IMG/VR virus record: IMGVR_UViG_3300009702_000016
Coordinates: 100,032 to 164,031 of that record
Origin: a virus
Reading direction: 5' to 3' (one strand)
DNA: 64,000 nucleotides
In this document: positions 30,683-40,674 of the stretch, piece by piece
How the letters are laid out: each line of letters begins with the position of its first letter
How positions within the stretch are numbered: position 1 is the first letter of the stretch
Translations under genes and position numbers: made by a program
The notes under the pieces: generated by a model
What the model was told of the DNA's origin: nothing
The model's database searches: none
The model's input: the letters and a program-made list of their open reading frames with translations, nothing else

Positions 30683-31069
30683 ATGGACCGAGATGAAGAT
30701 CTAGACCCCAGTCTCCTGCACTTTCTTGAGGAATTCCGAAAGAAGTCAAACGCTTCTGTGTCGGTAGAAGACGGAAGCGTGATCATTGGTGTGGTCCCGA
30801 ACTGCGCCATTGTCACTTCGGACCAAAGCTTGGACAAGATTGTAATCTCTTTCCATTTTGACTGCCACCCTCTTAGTGCAGTCAACCTAACGAATATCTC
30901 CAACGATGTCCTTGGAAAAGAAAATGTAGCCTTCTCCAACTGCTTTTTGTCCGATGCTAACGGGGTATTGGTTTACGAGACGGATACAGGGTTTTCCCTG
31001 ATGAATATTCAATACCTTAGGGATGTTCTTGCTTCCTTAGAAAAGAGATCAACCGCCTTTTTGTCGTGA
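30683..31069 (+). CDS. hypothetical protein
   Basis: ORF track. Confidence 0.65.
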   Translation: MDRDEDLDPSLLHFLEEFRKKSNASVSVEDGSVIIGVVPNCAIVTSDQSLDKIVISFHFDCHPLSAVNLTNISNDVLGKENVAFSNCFLSDANGVLVYETDTGFSLMNIQYLRDVLASLEKRSTAFLS

Positions 31070-31689
31070 CATTAGAAGGGAGAGCAGGGTGGCTCCACCC
31101 TATAGGTGTGACCTTATTCCTGCTTACTCTGCTCTGCAGTTCTCCTGCTCGCGCGCTCTCCGTACTTGTTATCGGGGACTCTCATACTGGGGCTATAGGT
31201 CCGCAAGTATCTTCTCTCCTACGCTCCTCGGGCAATTCCGTTCGTGTGGTCTACCACAACGGCTGGTCGGTAAAGAGTTACTTGGAGAGGCCCGGTGGGT
31301 TTCCTCATGGTCACCCTGACCTTGCCATTGTTCTTCTTGGAGGGAATAATAGAGAGCTGTCCCTGGACCGATACACTCCCTTGGTACTTTCCATGCTCCG
31401 CCGTTTGGGTGCCCGTCACGTTCTGTGGGTGGGGCCTTTTCCTGCAGAGCCAGCACACACTAGGTCTCGGCATCAGCGTACTAGGAAGATGCAGCTGTAT
31501 GTTTTTGCTTCTAGGCCCGATGTGACTTGGCTTGACCCTTCCTACGATTTTAGGGGCATCGACCATGTACGGGATGGGGTTCATTACCGTGTCCCTTCCT
31601 ACTCTGGGTTTTCTTCTGTTTTGTACAGGTATGCCCACTTTCTAATCCAAATGTTAGAGGACGATTTATTAGATGACAACGTCTTATGA
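31066..31689 (+). CDS. SGNH/GDSL hydrolase with signal peptide (true start possibly GTG 31108)
   Basis: VIGDSH, NG, LGGNN, DGVHY catalytic blocks. Confidence 0.8.
   Translation: MTLEGRAGWLHPIGVTLFLLTLLCSSPARALSVLVIGDSHTGAIGPQVSSLLRSSGNSVRVVYHNGWSVKSYLERPGGFPHGHPDLAIVLLGGNNRELSLDRYTPLVLSMLRRLGARHVLWVGPFPAEPAHTRSRHQRTRKMQLYVFASRPDVTWLDPSYDFRGIDHVRDGVHYRVPSYSGFSSVLYRYAHFLIQMLEDDLLDDNVL
31085..31102. promoter_or_regulatory. palindromic repeated element, copy 1
   Basis: CAGGGTGGCTCCACCCTA; related copies at 34197 and 62322. Confidence 0.65.
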
Positions 31690-33527
31690 TGCATCGAGCA
31701 TTCAGGTCCTAGAGGATCTGGAACACATACGATTACGCCCTGGAATGTATATAGGGTCACAGGATTCTGAAGGCATCCGTCAGATCTTGAAGGAGTTAGT
31801 CGATAACGTTTTACGAGTGGATGGAAGGTCATGCCACCTCTCTGCTCGTTGAGATAGACACGAAGGAGCATTCCTTTCGAGTAACTGACGATGGTCGAGG
31901 AATCCCCGTCGAGAAGCATGAGAAGACCGGGGAAAGCACACTAACTACGGTATTCACAAACCTCCAGGCAGGCGGGAAGTTCTCCAAGGACAGCTACGCT
32001 ATCTCTGTGGGACTTCACGGCGTCGGACTAAAGGCGACGAACGCGCTTAGTGACAGACTCCTAGCTCGCGTATGGAGAAAAGGGCATTGTTATGAGCAGG
32101 AGTTCGTGCAGGGAGACCCAACTACCAAGAGGCCCAGGAAAAACAAGGGACTAAACAAGAGAGGAAAGCACGGTACAGAGATATTCTTCCATCCAGATCC
32201 TCTCATCTTTGGGGATAGCCAAATTGATATCTCTCACGTTGTTCGGTGGTTAGGTGAGTGTGTTCATCTTTGCCCCGGTCTAGCTCTTAAGCTGGTGGTT
32301 GATGGGGAAGTAAAGAAGGATATGCGCAGTGGCGGTTTGGATCAGATGGTTGCTGACATGGCCTCTGCGGGTTCTGATTCTGGATTGCACGTTCCTGTCG
32401 TGATATCCTCTGAATCGAATGAAGTATCTGCTTCTTTCTTGTGGAGTGAAGGCGAGGGGGACCATTGGTTCAGCGCATGTAACGCTAGCTCTACTCCAGA
32501 GGGAGGAAAGCATGTAGAGGGGTGTCTAAAGGCAGTTGGGGCGGCGTTGGGTCCTTACGCAAAGAAGAGAAAAGTGGACGCTAGGGACCTTGTAGATGGC
32601 CTGTACGCAGCTGTCCATGTGCTTGTTCCTGAGCCCCAGTTCAAAAGCCAGACGAAGTCCCGGTTGCTGAACACCGAAGTCAGAGACACGGTGTACGAAG
32701 TGGTGTACCCGCAGCTAAAGTCATTTTTTGACCTGAACAAGAAGCTGGCAGATAGAATTGTAGTCAGGGCGTCTCAGATCAGGAAAGCCCGGGATAGCTA
32801 TAAGAAGCTAAGGAAAGCGATAAACACAAAGGTCGTAAAGCGAGATGCAAAGGGAGTTTTGCCTGATAAGCTGGTAGAATCGATGCACTGTAAGCCCGAG
32901 CATCGTGAGCTTTTCCTCGTGGAGGGAGACTCCGCAGGTGGAAGTGCGAAGCTCGCAAGAGACCCGTCATACCAGGAGGTTCTTCCTTTGAAGGGAAAGA
33001 TTCCCAACGCCATACAGCGCCCTGACTCCCTGGTGATGAAGAACTCGGAGATATCGTCTATTATTACGGCCACAGGGGTGCGTCTAGGGGATGACGGAAA
33101 GTTCAGTGACCTGAGCAACGTCAGGGTTGGTCGCATCTTACTCTTGATGGACGCAGATCCAGACGGTGGGCACATTTCTAGCCTAGTTCTGTCCTTCTTC
33201 TGTAAATGGATACCTGATATCGTACGTGCCGGTTACCTCTATATCGTGGATAGTCCTTTGTTTTTGGGAACGTATAAGGGAAAGCAGTGGTTTTCCCATA
33301 CGCTGGCTGAGTTGGAGAAAGAGGTGGGAGTTTCCTCTTCGAAGATGCAGGTTTCTAGGATTAAGGGACACGGAGAGGTAAACTATCCAGTGCTTAGGCG
33401 TTATGCTATGGATCCCGACACTAGGAAATTGTGGAAGGTCACACTCGGTGATACAGATACGAACGTCATAGCCTCTTTGATGGGGTCTGACTCTAGTGGA
33501 AGAAAAAGTCTGTTTGGAACTGTTTGA
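31673..33527 (+). CDS. gyrB: type IIA topoisomerase B subunit (GyrB/ParE-like), frame-disrupted near 31810
   Basis: 31673 frame: [24 protein letters not shown]...ELVDN; other frame: EWMEGH..DDGRGIP, GLHGVG, EGDSA, PLKGK, DADPDG. Confidence 0.9.
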
Positions 33528-33535
33528 GGTGCAGA

Positions 33536-34189
33536 ATGAAGAAGTGGTTTAAGGGTCTCGGAGTTGGTGACAAGATTATGGTTGTAGGACTGCTTCTGCT
33601 GTTCCTAACCTCGGGTTCACTCTTGATCTACGGAGTTCTCCATCATCATGAGCAAGGTCTTTTAACTGCTTGCGACTCTCCTGGGGGTTCTTTGGACTAC
33701 AATGGGGAGTGTTTCGAGGTTAGGTGGAACCAGAGTCAGTTTCCCCTCCGAACCTACCTCTCCAGTACGAATCCTTCTCCCCCTCTCAGCCCTGATTCGG
33801 AACTCTCCAGCCTTATATCCTACGTGAATCGGTCCCTTGGTTTTAGGGCTCTCACTCCAACGTCAGATTCTTCCTCGGCAGACATCGTAATTGACTTTGC
33901 AGGAGCGCTTGACGTGGGTTCGCTTCGCATGAAGAACGCTTATGGTGGTGCGCTTCATCATCGTAGAGCCGATGGGTCCCTCTGGTGTGAGGTGCACACC
34001 TGGAACACCGGAACGGCAGAACTGGCAGACAAGGCCCTCACGCATGAACTAGGTCATTGCCTTGGTCTGGCCCATGATGATTTCCAAGCTTCTGCTATGT
34101 ATCCCTCGATTGTCCAGGATGGAAATCGGCCCACGCGACTTCGTTTTACGGATTCTGATGTCCAGTTGCTTCGTACTCTCTACCATTAG
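33536..34189 (+). CDS. matrixin-like (M10) zinc metalloprotease with N-terminal TM anchor
   Basis: HELGHCLGLAH plus Met-turn SAMYP; GAGGT RBS before ATG 33536. Confidence 0.85.
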   Translation: MKKWFKGLGVGDKIMVVGLLLLFLTSGSLLIYGVLHHHEQGLLTACDSPGGSLDYNGECFEVRWNQSQFPLRTYLSSTNPSPPLSPDSELSSLISYVNRSLGFRALTPTSDSSSADIVIDFAGALDVGSLRMKNAYGGALHHRRADGSLWCEVHTWNTGTAELADKALTHELGHCLGLAHDDFQASAMYPSIVQDGNRPTRLRFTDSDVQLLRTLYH

Positions 34190-34196
34190 AAGGGAA

Positions 34197-34214
34197 CAGG
34201 GTGGCTCCACTCTA
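34197..34214. promoter_or_regulatory. palindromic repeated element, copy 2
   Basis: CAGGGTGGCTCCACTCTA, intergenic. Confidence 0.65.
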
Positions 34215-34231
34215 GTCATGGAAGGTGTCAT

Positions 34232-34423
34232 ATGAACGATAGGGTAAAGTCAGTATGGAAGGGGCCTGTAACTCGGTCCACCCCTGGACTGGGCTACAGT
34301 CAGGAGTCGCTGGAGGTTTGGTATGGTAAACATGTCCGTGTAACTACCATATTCACCCCCTCAGGTCCAAGCATTCGGTACTTCCCGGACTTGGTATTTT
34401 CATCAGCATCTTACGGAGTTTAG
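34232..34423 (+). CDS. hypothetical protein
   Basis: GAAGG upstream, fills gap. Confidence 0.5.
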   Translation: MNDRVKSVWKGPVTRSTPGLGYSQESLEVWYGKHVRVTTIFTPSGPSIRYFPDLVFSSASYGV

Positions 34424-34455
34424 AAGATCGTGGAGTAGTCAGTTATCTTAGAGGC

Positions 34456-34737
34456 ATGAAACACTCCACTCAAAATAGACTACGAATTGCCTCCTATCGT
34501 TTGCGGGTTTTAGCTAAGGCAAGCAAATGGGTACAGAAAGCGGTGGAACATCCGGGTCGTTTGCACGAGCATTTTGGTATTCCGAAGGATGAGACGATAC
34601 CGAAAGCAAAGATTAATAAGGAGATAGCTCGCCTTCACAAGAAGAAGGAAAAGGAAGGCAAGCTGTCGAAGGAAGAGACGAGTCTTCTCCGTGCACTGCA
34701 GTTGGGCTTGCGTCTAAAAGGAATGAAGAAGAAGTAA
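34456..34737 (+). CDS. small basic protein
   Basis: WVQKAVEHPGRLH..FGIP...IP pattern resembling a widespread small basic phage protein; RIAS motif. Confidence 0.7.
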   Translation: MKHSTQNRLRIASYRLRVLAKASKWVQKAVEHPGRLHEHFGIPKDETIPKAKINKEIARLHKKKEKEGKLSKEETSLLRALQLGLRLKGMKKK

Positions 34738-34746
34738 GGAGTCTTA

Positions 34747-36963
34747 ATGGCGAGAAAGAAGTCGAAGGGATCTACCCTTCGAAAGCTAGGTTCCGCTACT
34801 GGTATTTCACTTGGAGAGTTTTCGACACGGGCCATGCGAGAGTATGGCTCGTTTGTTCTTATGGACAGAGCGGTGTCCGATGTTCGAGACGGGCTAAAGC
34901 CTGTACAGCGAAGGATTCTTTGGGCTATGCATCAGCTCAAGGCTACAGCAGATAAGGGATTCAAGAAGTCAGCGAAGGTTGTTGGCGATACCATGGGAGG
35001 ATATCACCCCCATGGTGGAGAGGCCATCTACGGGACTCTCGTGACAATGGTCGGAGCACGGTATCCTTTGATCGAGGGACAGGGAAACTTCGGAGGACCT
35101 ACCGATTCCCCTGCCAGCATGAGGTATACGGAGGCTCGCCTTACTCCGCTGTCTAATCTCCTGATGGAGGACATTGCAGTAGGTGAGTTTGTTCCTAACT
35201 ACTCAGGAGACTTGAAGGAGCCGTTGGTTCTGCCCTCTCGTTTGCCTCTTCTGTTTCTAAACGGATCGTCGGGTATTGGAGTCGGCATTCGTGCCGTTAT
35301 TCCTCCTCATAATCTTCGAGAGCTGATTAAGATCCTGGCCTACGTATTGAAGAAGGATAATCCTTCTCTCAAGACTGCGCTAAAGCACCTAAAGGGTCCA
35401 GACTACGGTTATGGTGTCCTTTTGTCCTCGAAGGAGGATATCTTCTCTTTGTACTCCACCGGATCCGGGACCCTTCGATTTAGGTGTGAGTACGAGTATG
35501 AAACTGCGAAAAACGGAACCCATGTTCTACTGGTCAAGGGGCTTGCTCCCGGATTCAATATGGCGGGGTTTCTTAGGAAGATGAGGGACTTGCAGGAACA
35601 GGGCCTGATAGACTACTGCTCAGATGACACTCGGGCTGAGGGGGTTCGAATTTACATCGGATTCAAGGACTCTGGGGTGATCAAGGAACGTGTACTTCCA
35701 GAGATCTACACAACCCAGAGTTATCAGTTCTACGTTGTGAAAAGAAACGGTGAGTCCTCCCTGACAGATGAGACTTTGTTTTCGGGAGGGTTGCTTCATC
35801 TTCTGAGGGAGTTTATCGACTTCAGAAGGGAAGTGGAGAATTCTCGTCTTTCTCTTGCTCTTAGGATGGAGCGAGTCAAGCTTCATCGAGTCAAGGCAGT
35901 ACTGGCGGCTCTTGCTCATCTCGACGTTGTGTACGACGTTCTGCGCTCCCCGCATAAGGACTTGGCGTCCATGCGTGAGTCTTTGTCTTCCTCCCTGTCG
36001 ATCACTGATAAGCAGGCAGGCCTTATTCTGGATATGAAGGTTCATCGTCTTGCACGAATGAATGCATCCATCCAGAAACAGGAGCAAGTCACCATTCGTA
36101 AGACAATGAAGGAAATCAAGAAGGATCTAGACAATATCGATGACGTAATTTTGAGGTCACTCAAGGAAGTCGTAAAGCTATCGGATGCCCGAGGGACACG
36201 AGTGGTGGAAGTAGACGATGCTCCTAAGCTTCCAAAGTGTTCCTTAGAGAAGTACGTTATCATTCAGGGAACGAAGGCTACTAGGCTTGACCGTGCTCCT
36301 TCCCGTCGTCATAAGTTCGACCTCCTTGGGGTGGACTCTTCCTCCGTCTTGTTTGCGTACCGGGATAACAGTGTAACAACATTTAGTCTAAGCTACTCTG
36401 TGGAGGAGGCCCTTCCCTCTCTTCCTGTCGGGGTTATCTCTGGTTCCTCCCCCTTTCTGTGTGCACTAGACGACAGGGGGTTACTGTCGACCATCAAGGT
36501 TCCTTCGAAAGGTTCGTTCAACGTGATGAGAGGAGCAACTGCTTTGTTATCTGCCGTAGGCGCAACCGAGGACACGACTCTTGTGGTCCTGTCTTCTTCA
36601 GGACTATGCAAGACGATTCCTCCCTCTGGGATAAAGGGATCACGAGCATTCTCCCTTGGGAAGAAGCCCTTTCCTTCTAACGCAAAGTGGAAGTCTCAAG
36701 ACCCTTGCACCTTGTATGCAGTGGACTCGGACACTAAGTTGTATTCCTCAAGGGGTCGGTGTGTTGCTCCGCGTCTAGGGGAAGAATACATGTCCAAATC
36801 GATTAGCTTCGATTCAAAAAAGGATCCTCTGTTCACGATTGGGGACGAAAACTTCGTACTCCTAGCGAAGGAGGACAAAAGGGATATCGTAGATCGAAAA
36901 TCTGCGGTGTTGCTTCTCAAGGAGGACAACCTCCGTAGTTGCTGGCCTCTTCACTCTTCATAA
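34747..36963 (+). CDS. gyrA: type IIA topoisomerase A subunit (GyrA/ParC-like)
   Basis: DVRDGLKPVQRR, KKSA.VVG..MG.YHPHG, catalytic SMRYTEARL, NGSSGIGVG. Confidence 0.92.
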   Translation: MARKKSKGSTLRKLGSATGISLGEFSTRAMREYGSFVLMDRAVSDVRDGLKPVQRRILWAMHQLKATADKGFKKSAKVVGDTMGGYHPHGGEAIYGTLVTMVGARYPLIEGQGNFGGPTDSPASMRYTEARLTPLSNLLMEDIAVGEFVPNYSGDLKEPLVLPSRLPLLFLNGSSGIGVGIRAVIPPHNLRELIKILAYVLKKDNPSLKTALKHLKGPDYGYGVLLSSKEDIFSLYSTGSGTLRFRCEYEYETAKNGTHVLLVKGLAPGFNMAGFLRKMRDLQEQGLIDYCSDDTRAEGVRIYIGFKDSGVIKERVLPEIYTTQSYQFYVVKRNGESSLTDETLFSGGLLHLLREFIDFRREVENSRLSLALRMERVKLHRVKAVLAALAHLDVVYDVLRSPHKDLASMRESLSSSLSITDKQAGLILDMKVHRLARMNASIQKQEQVTIRKTMKEIKKDLDNIDDVILRSLKEVVKLSDARGTRVVEVDDAPKLPKCSLEKYVIIQGTKATRLDRAPSRRHKFDLLGVDSSSVLFAYRDNSVTTFSLSYSVEEALPSLPVGVISGSSPFLCALDDRGLLSTIKVPSKGSFNVMRGATALLSAVGATEDTTLVVLSSSGLCKTIPPSGIKGSRAFSLGKKPFPSNAKWKSQDPCTLYAVDSDTKLYSSRGRCVAPRLGEEYMSKSISFDSKKDPLFTIGDENFVLLAKEDKRDIVDRKSAVLLLKEDNLRSCWPLHSS

Positions 36964-37211
36964 GAAAGTTGTTTGTTTTGAATACCATAACCTTTATCAT
37001 TGCTATCGCCTCCTCTTTCCTTCTGGGACTAAACCTCCTAGTGTTTGTTAGTCTTCGTCGTAATCAGAGGATTCTTCAGGATAAAATCAACAGTATCGAT
37101 GCTGTAGGGGAAGAGGCTGTTCGTATTTATCAGGATGCAGAGAGCCTGTACCTGCACACCTTGACAGGTATCCCCCATAAGGGCAAGACGGATCATTCTC
37201 TTTCGAATTGA
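36939..37211 (+). CDS. single-TM membrane protein
   Basis: hydrophobic N-terminal segment; directly upstream of transglycosylase. Confidence 0.55.
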   Translation: MLASSLFIRKLFVLNTITFIIAIASSFLLGLNLLVFVSLRRNQRILQDKINSIDAVGEEAVRIYQDAESLYLHTLTGIPHKGKTDHSLSN

Positions 37212-37264
37212 CTGTCCTCCCTCGTTTTACTTATGCTGCCTCCCAAGGAGGTTTGGAGATTGTT

Positions 37265-38047
37265 ATGCGTTTTTCACTTGCTTTGTTTTTTGGTTTCGTT
37301 CTTGCGTCCTTTCCATTGTACGCGCAGGCACCAACTCATACAGGGTCTGAACGAGATCTAGCTTCGGCTATATTTAGGTTCAAAACAGGTCCGAACGGTG
37401 TGATGAGGTGGAACGAGTGCGGTTCTTCCTTGCGGGGAGAAGCAGCCCAGGAGAGGGCCGATGAGTATGCGGGGTACTTGTGGCATGAGAAGTCTCTCGA
37501 CCCTTCTTTCGACCCCTGGATCGCAGCAGCAATCATGGCACAGGAAAGTAGCTTCAATCGGTGTGCTCTTTCGGGAGAAGCTATGCACATGCTCAGGCAG
37601 CACCTAGAGGAGGAAGCAAACCGAGAGCCCAATGAGAGAGACATCTCCCACCTTCTCAGAAGCGCTGCCTACCGTAGACAGGTAGATGTGGGGCGCTTTG
37701 ACGTGGGTCTGGCCCAGTTCCGCTGGCCCGGGACTGCAGCCCGTCGAGCGGGTCTTACGCGCCCAGAGTCATTACTCACGGCTAGCGTCAGCGTTCATCT
37801 TCTTGCTGTCTCTCTAAGGAGTTACCGTAGGGCGTGTCAGACTACGCCCAGGTATCGAGGTGTCTATTTGGTGAATCGTCGTAATGGGACAATCCGTGTC
37901 ATCAACTACTCCGTTCCATGCACTGACGGATATTGGGTGCAGCACAACAGTCCCTCCCGGTTCAACTACAGGTACTACAGCAATGTCAAGCGAAGGTATG
38001 ATGATTTGCTTGAGTTTTCACGGTCCTCTTCTGTAAATGCTTCTTAG
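37265..38047 (+). CDS. exported lytic transglycosylase (SLT-like)
   Basis: signal peptide; AAAIMAQESSFN (catalytic Glu), DVGLAQF. Confidence 0.7.
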   Translation: MRFSLALFFGFVLASFPLYAQAPTHTGSERDLASAIFRFKTGPNGVMRWNECGSSLRGEAAQERADEYAGYLWHEKSLDPSFDPWIAAAIMAQESSFNRCALSGEAMHMLRQHLEEEANREPNERDISHLLRSAAYRRQVDVGRFDVGLAQFRWPGTAARRAGLTRPESLLTASVSVHLLAVSLRSYRRACQTTPRYRGVYLVNRRNGTIRVINYSVPCTDGYWVQHNSPSRFNYRYYSNVKRRYDDLLEFSRSSSVNAS

Positions 38048-38060
38048 ATCAGGAGACACT

Positions 38061-38513
38061 ATGCAGCAGCAAGATTCCCGCAAAGTTGACTTGACTGGCT
38101 ATTTCTACGCCATCAATGAAGATAGTGACATTGATATTCCAGCTGTGTTTTTGGACGATACCACAGGCACTGAAGCCATTCTCATCTTCAGTAGCATAGA
38201 GACTGCAAAGAAGTATTGCTATGTGACCCGGCCTGAGGCTTCCCCCGCCATCTATCAGCTGGATCGCAAAACAATGGAAATCGAGGGGGAGAGAACTGTG
38301 GTTCAGACGGGACTGATTCGCATTGCACGAAACGTGAAAAAGCATCGCATGAGTCAGATCGCGCATTTTGTGCTGGACCATCCTGGAACCGTGGGCAGGG
38401 CAAGCTACATTGAGGTGGATAACATTGCGCAGTACGGTCGTCGTCCGATTCCTTCCGGCATAGCCACGGTTGATGACCTTTCCTCTTTCTTGGAGAAGGA
38501 GATGGAGGACTGA
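38061..38513 (+). CDS. hypothetical protein
   Basis: AGGAG RBS before ATG 38061. Confidence 0.7.
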   Translation: MQQQDSRKVDLTGYFYAINEDSDIDIPAVFLDDTTGTEAILIFSSIETAKKYCYVTRPEASPAIYQLDRKTMEIEGERTVVQTGLIRIARNVKKHRMSQIAHFVLDHPGTVGRASYIEVDNIAQYGRRPIPSGIATVDDLSSFLEKEMED

Positions 38514-38551
38514 CTTCCTATCGGCGTAGTTACTCCTTATTTCAAGACTAA

Positions 38552-39610
38552 ATGACTGTCAACGAAGAAAAGCCTGACGATTGGATCTATAACGCTGTAC
38601 CTCGATCCAAGGTTGAGTCTGTTGCGAAGGATGCAGAGGCTCGTGTTACTGAGACGGTCAAGAACGCAGTAGCCTCCTACCTTGGCCTGTATCTAAGCAG
38701 TGAGGGACTTCACCGGAAGCTGTTGAACCTGACCGCTGGGTTCTCCGTGCAGTTTGACACACGCATTAGAGGACCAAGGGACCCCGACGATCCCTCTGTA
38801 TACGACATCCAGCTGGCTCGTTATTGGTCCGAGTTGCGACAGAGGTTACCTTGCATCTTGGTGGTTGACACGGGATTCAAGTATGTGAACCCAGGTCTAG
38901 GAGGGATTACGGACTCGTTCCACGTAAGTACTACGACGTCCTCGGTTCAGCTTACTATGCTAGCTGAGATCCCCCTGACTCTAAATGTTGCTGCTCTGGA
39001 CGAGACTACCTGCGGAGACATTAGGGACTTGCTTGTTCACATCCTGGGTCCGCTGTCCCACCTTACGAAAGGTCATGTCATTCGAAGTACGAGGCCAGAA
39101 GACACTTGGGAGGTGCGTATGCCCCTAAACTTTGAACCCTCGGGGCTGACGCATAAGAGCATTACTCAGGATACGAAAGATCAAATGTGGACTACCACGA
39201 TCTCTCTTACAGCTACCTTTGAAGGCCTTATCCGAGTTGCGTTTGATAACCAGCTTCACCCTGACTTGTTTTCAGGCGTGTTCGGAAATGTGGATAAGCC
39301 TGGATTCGCTTATAACCTGGGAACGGGACAGCTGCTTCCTTCCACTGGAACGTCACCCATAGACACGACCATAAACGTTCCCTCTACAATAAAGCTTCAT
39401 CAACATGCGCCAATCGATGTCTCTTGGATTCCCTCGAACTCTTACTTCACCTCTACTGACCCCAGAATCGCTCTGATTAATCAGAGTAACTGTTCTATCA
39501 TACCCAAAAAGCTGGGGTCTTTTCAGGTCAAGCTGGTTCAGACTATTCCCGGCGCAAATAGCGGTCCTAGGATTTTGTTTTCTTGGGACGTAAAGGTAGT
39601 TGCCTCTTGA
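38552..39610 (+). CDS. putative neck/tail-completion protein with C-terminal Ig-like domain
   Basis: LPCILVVD...LNVAALDE..CGDIRDL pattern; STDPRIALI...IIPKKLGSFQV resembles Big_2. Confidence 0.5.
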   Translation: MTVNEEKPDDWIYNAVPRSKVESVAKDAEARVTETVKNAVASYLGLYLSSEGLHRKLLNLTAGFSVQFDTRIRGPRDPDDPSVYDIQLARYWSELRQRLPCILVVDTGFKYVNPGLGGITDSFHVSTTTSSVQLTMLAEIPLTLNVAALDETTCGDIRDLLVHILGPLSHLTKGHVIRSTRPEDTWEVRMPLNFEPSGLTHKSITQDTKDQMWTTTISLTATFEGLIRVAFDNQLHPDLFSGVFGNVDKPGFAYNLGTGQLLPSTGTSPIDTTINVPSTIKLHQHAPIDVSWIPSNSYFTSTDPRIALINQSNCSIIPKKLGSFQVKLVQTIPGANSGPRILFSWDVKVVAS

Positions 39611-40476
39611 CCCTTAAGAACTTAGTTTACTACGCAGACAATCTTTCTGTCTTATCTCGGATTGAGGATGAATCCATTGATTTGGTGTACATCGACCCTC
39701 CTTTCAACACGGGGAAGGTTCAATCTCGGAAGAATACGAAAGCAGTTAAGGCGAAGGACGGGAAAGGATCACGTAAGGGATTCTGTGGAAAGGGGTATGA
39801 TCTTGTGGATATGGGAGACGTTTTATCCTATACCGACTCCTACTCTGACCAGTACCTGACCTTCTTGAAGCTACGGCTGTCTCACGTAAAGAGAATCCTG
39901 AAGCCGTCTGGGTCTGTGTATCTTCATTTGGACTACCGAGAAGTTCACTATGCCAAAGTGCTTGGTGACAGCATATTTGGGAGGGATAACTTCCTCAACG
40001 AGATTGTGTGGGCCTATGACTACGGCGCAAAGCCAAAGACTCGATGGCCCGCTAAGCACGATACTATTCTAATGTGGGTCAAGTCAAAGGGAGACCATCT
40101 GTTCAACGTCGAGGACATTGACCGAATACCCTATATGGCACCTGGAATGGTTAGTAAGGAAAAGGCAGCCAGGGGTAAGCTACCCACTGATTGTTGGTGG
40201 CACACGATTGTAGCCCCTACGGGGAAAGAAAAGACGGGGTATCCAACACAGAAACCTCTTGGGGTACTTGAGCGCATTATTAGGGCTTCTTCTCCTGCTG
40301 GGGGTACGGTATTGGACTTCTTCGCTGGGAGTGGGACTACCGGAGAGGCTGCGTTGAAGCTAGGCAGGCAGTTCATTCTAGTGGACTCTAATGACCAGGC
40401 GATAAAGGTGATCCGTAAGCGTTTGGCTCCCTATGTGGCTGAAGGTCATAAAGTATCGTTCATTAAGAAGAAATAG
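39607..40476 (+). CDS. DNA amino-methyltransferase (N6-A/N4-C, beta class)
   Basis: DLVYIDPPF precedes YPTQKP...VLDFFAGSGTT. Confidence 0.92.
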   Translation: MTLKNLVYYADNLSVLSRIEDESIDLVYIDPPFNTGKVQSRKNTKAVKAKDGKGSRKGFCGKGYDLVDMGDVLSYTDSYSDQYLTFLKLRLSHVKRILKPSGSVYLHLDYREVHYAKVLGDSIFGRDNFLNEIVWAYDYGAKPKTRWPAKHDTILMWVKSKGDHLFNVEDIDRIPYMAPGMVSKEKAARGKLPTDCWWHTIVAPTGKEKTGYPTQKPLGVLERIIRASSPAGGTVLDFFAGSGTTGEAALKLGRQFILVDSNDQAIKVIRKRLAPYVAEGHKVSFIKKK

Positions 40477-40500
40477 TAACAGAACTCCCTATTTTGGGTA

Positions 40501-40536
40501 AAGGGTGCTGGACGGCTTTGTCCAGCACCCTTTTTT
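40501..40536 (+). terminator. intrinsic terminator
   Basis: AAGGGTGCTGGAC-GGCTTT-GTCCAGCACCCTT followed by T run. Confidence 0.85.
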
Positions 40537-40674
40537 CGTTTCTGGGTCCTAGACCCCTGGCACTTTGCTGTTATCTAGGATTTGTCCTATGACATTTCAT
40601 ATTTTAGGGTTACTTTCTCCCAAGCTATCTGGTTGACTGCTACACCTTACTCATATCGCCAAGGTCATTTGTTG

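Noticed and set aside
27809-36963. Introns or inteins in polA, gyrB or gyrA
   Set aside because: Conserved motifs are contiguous at normal spacing; the gyrB break lacks bases rather than containing an insertion
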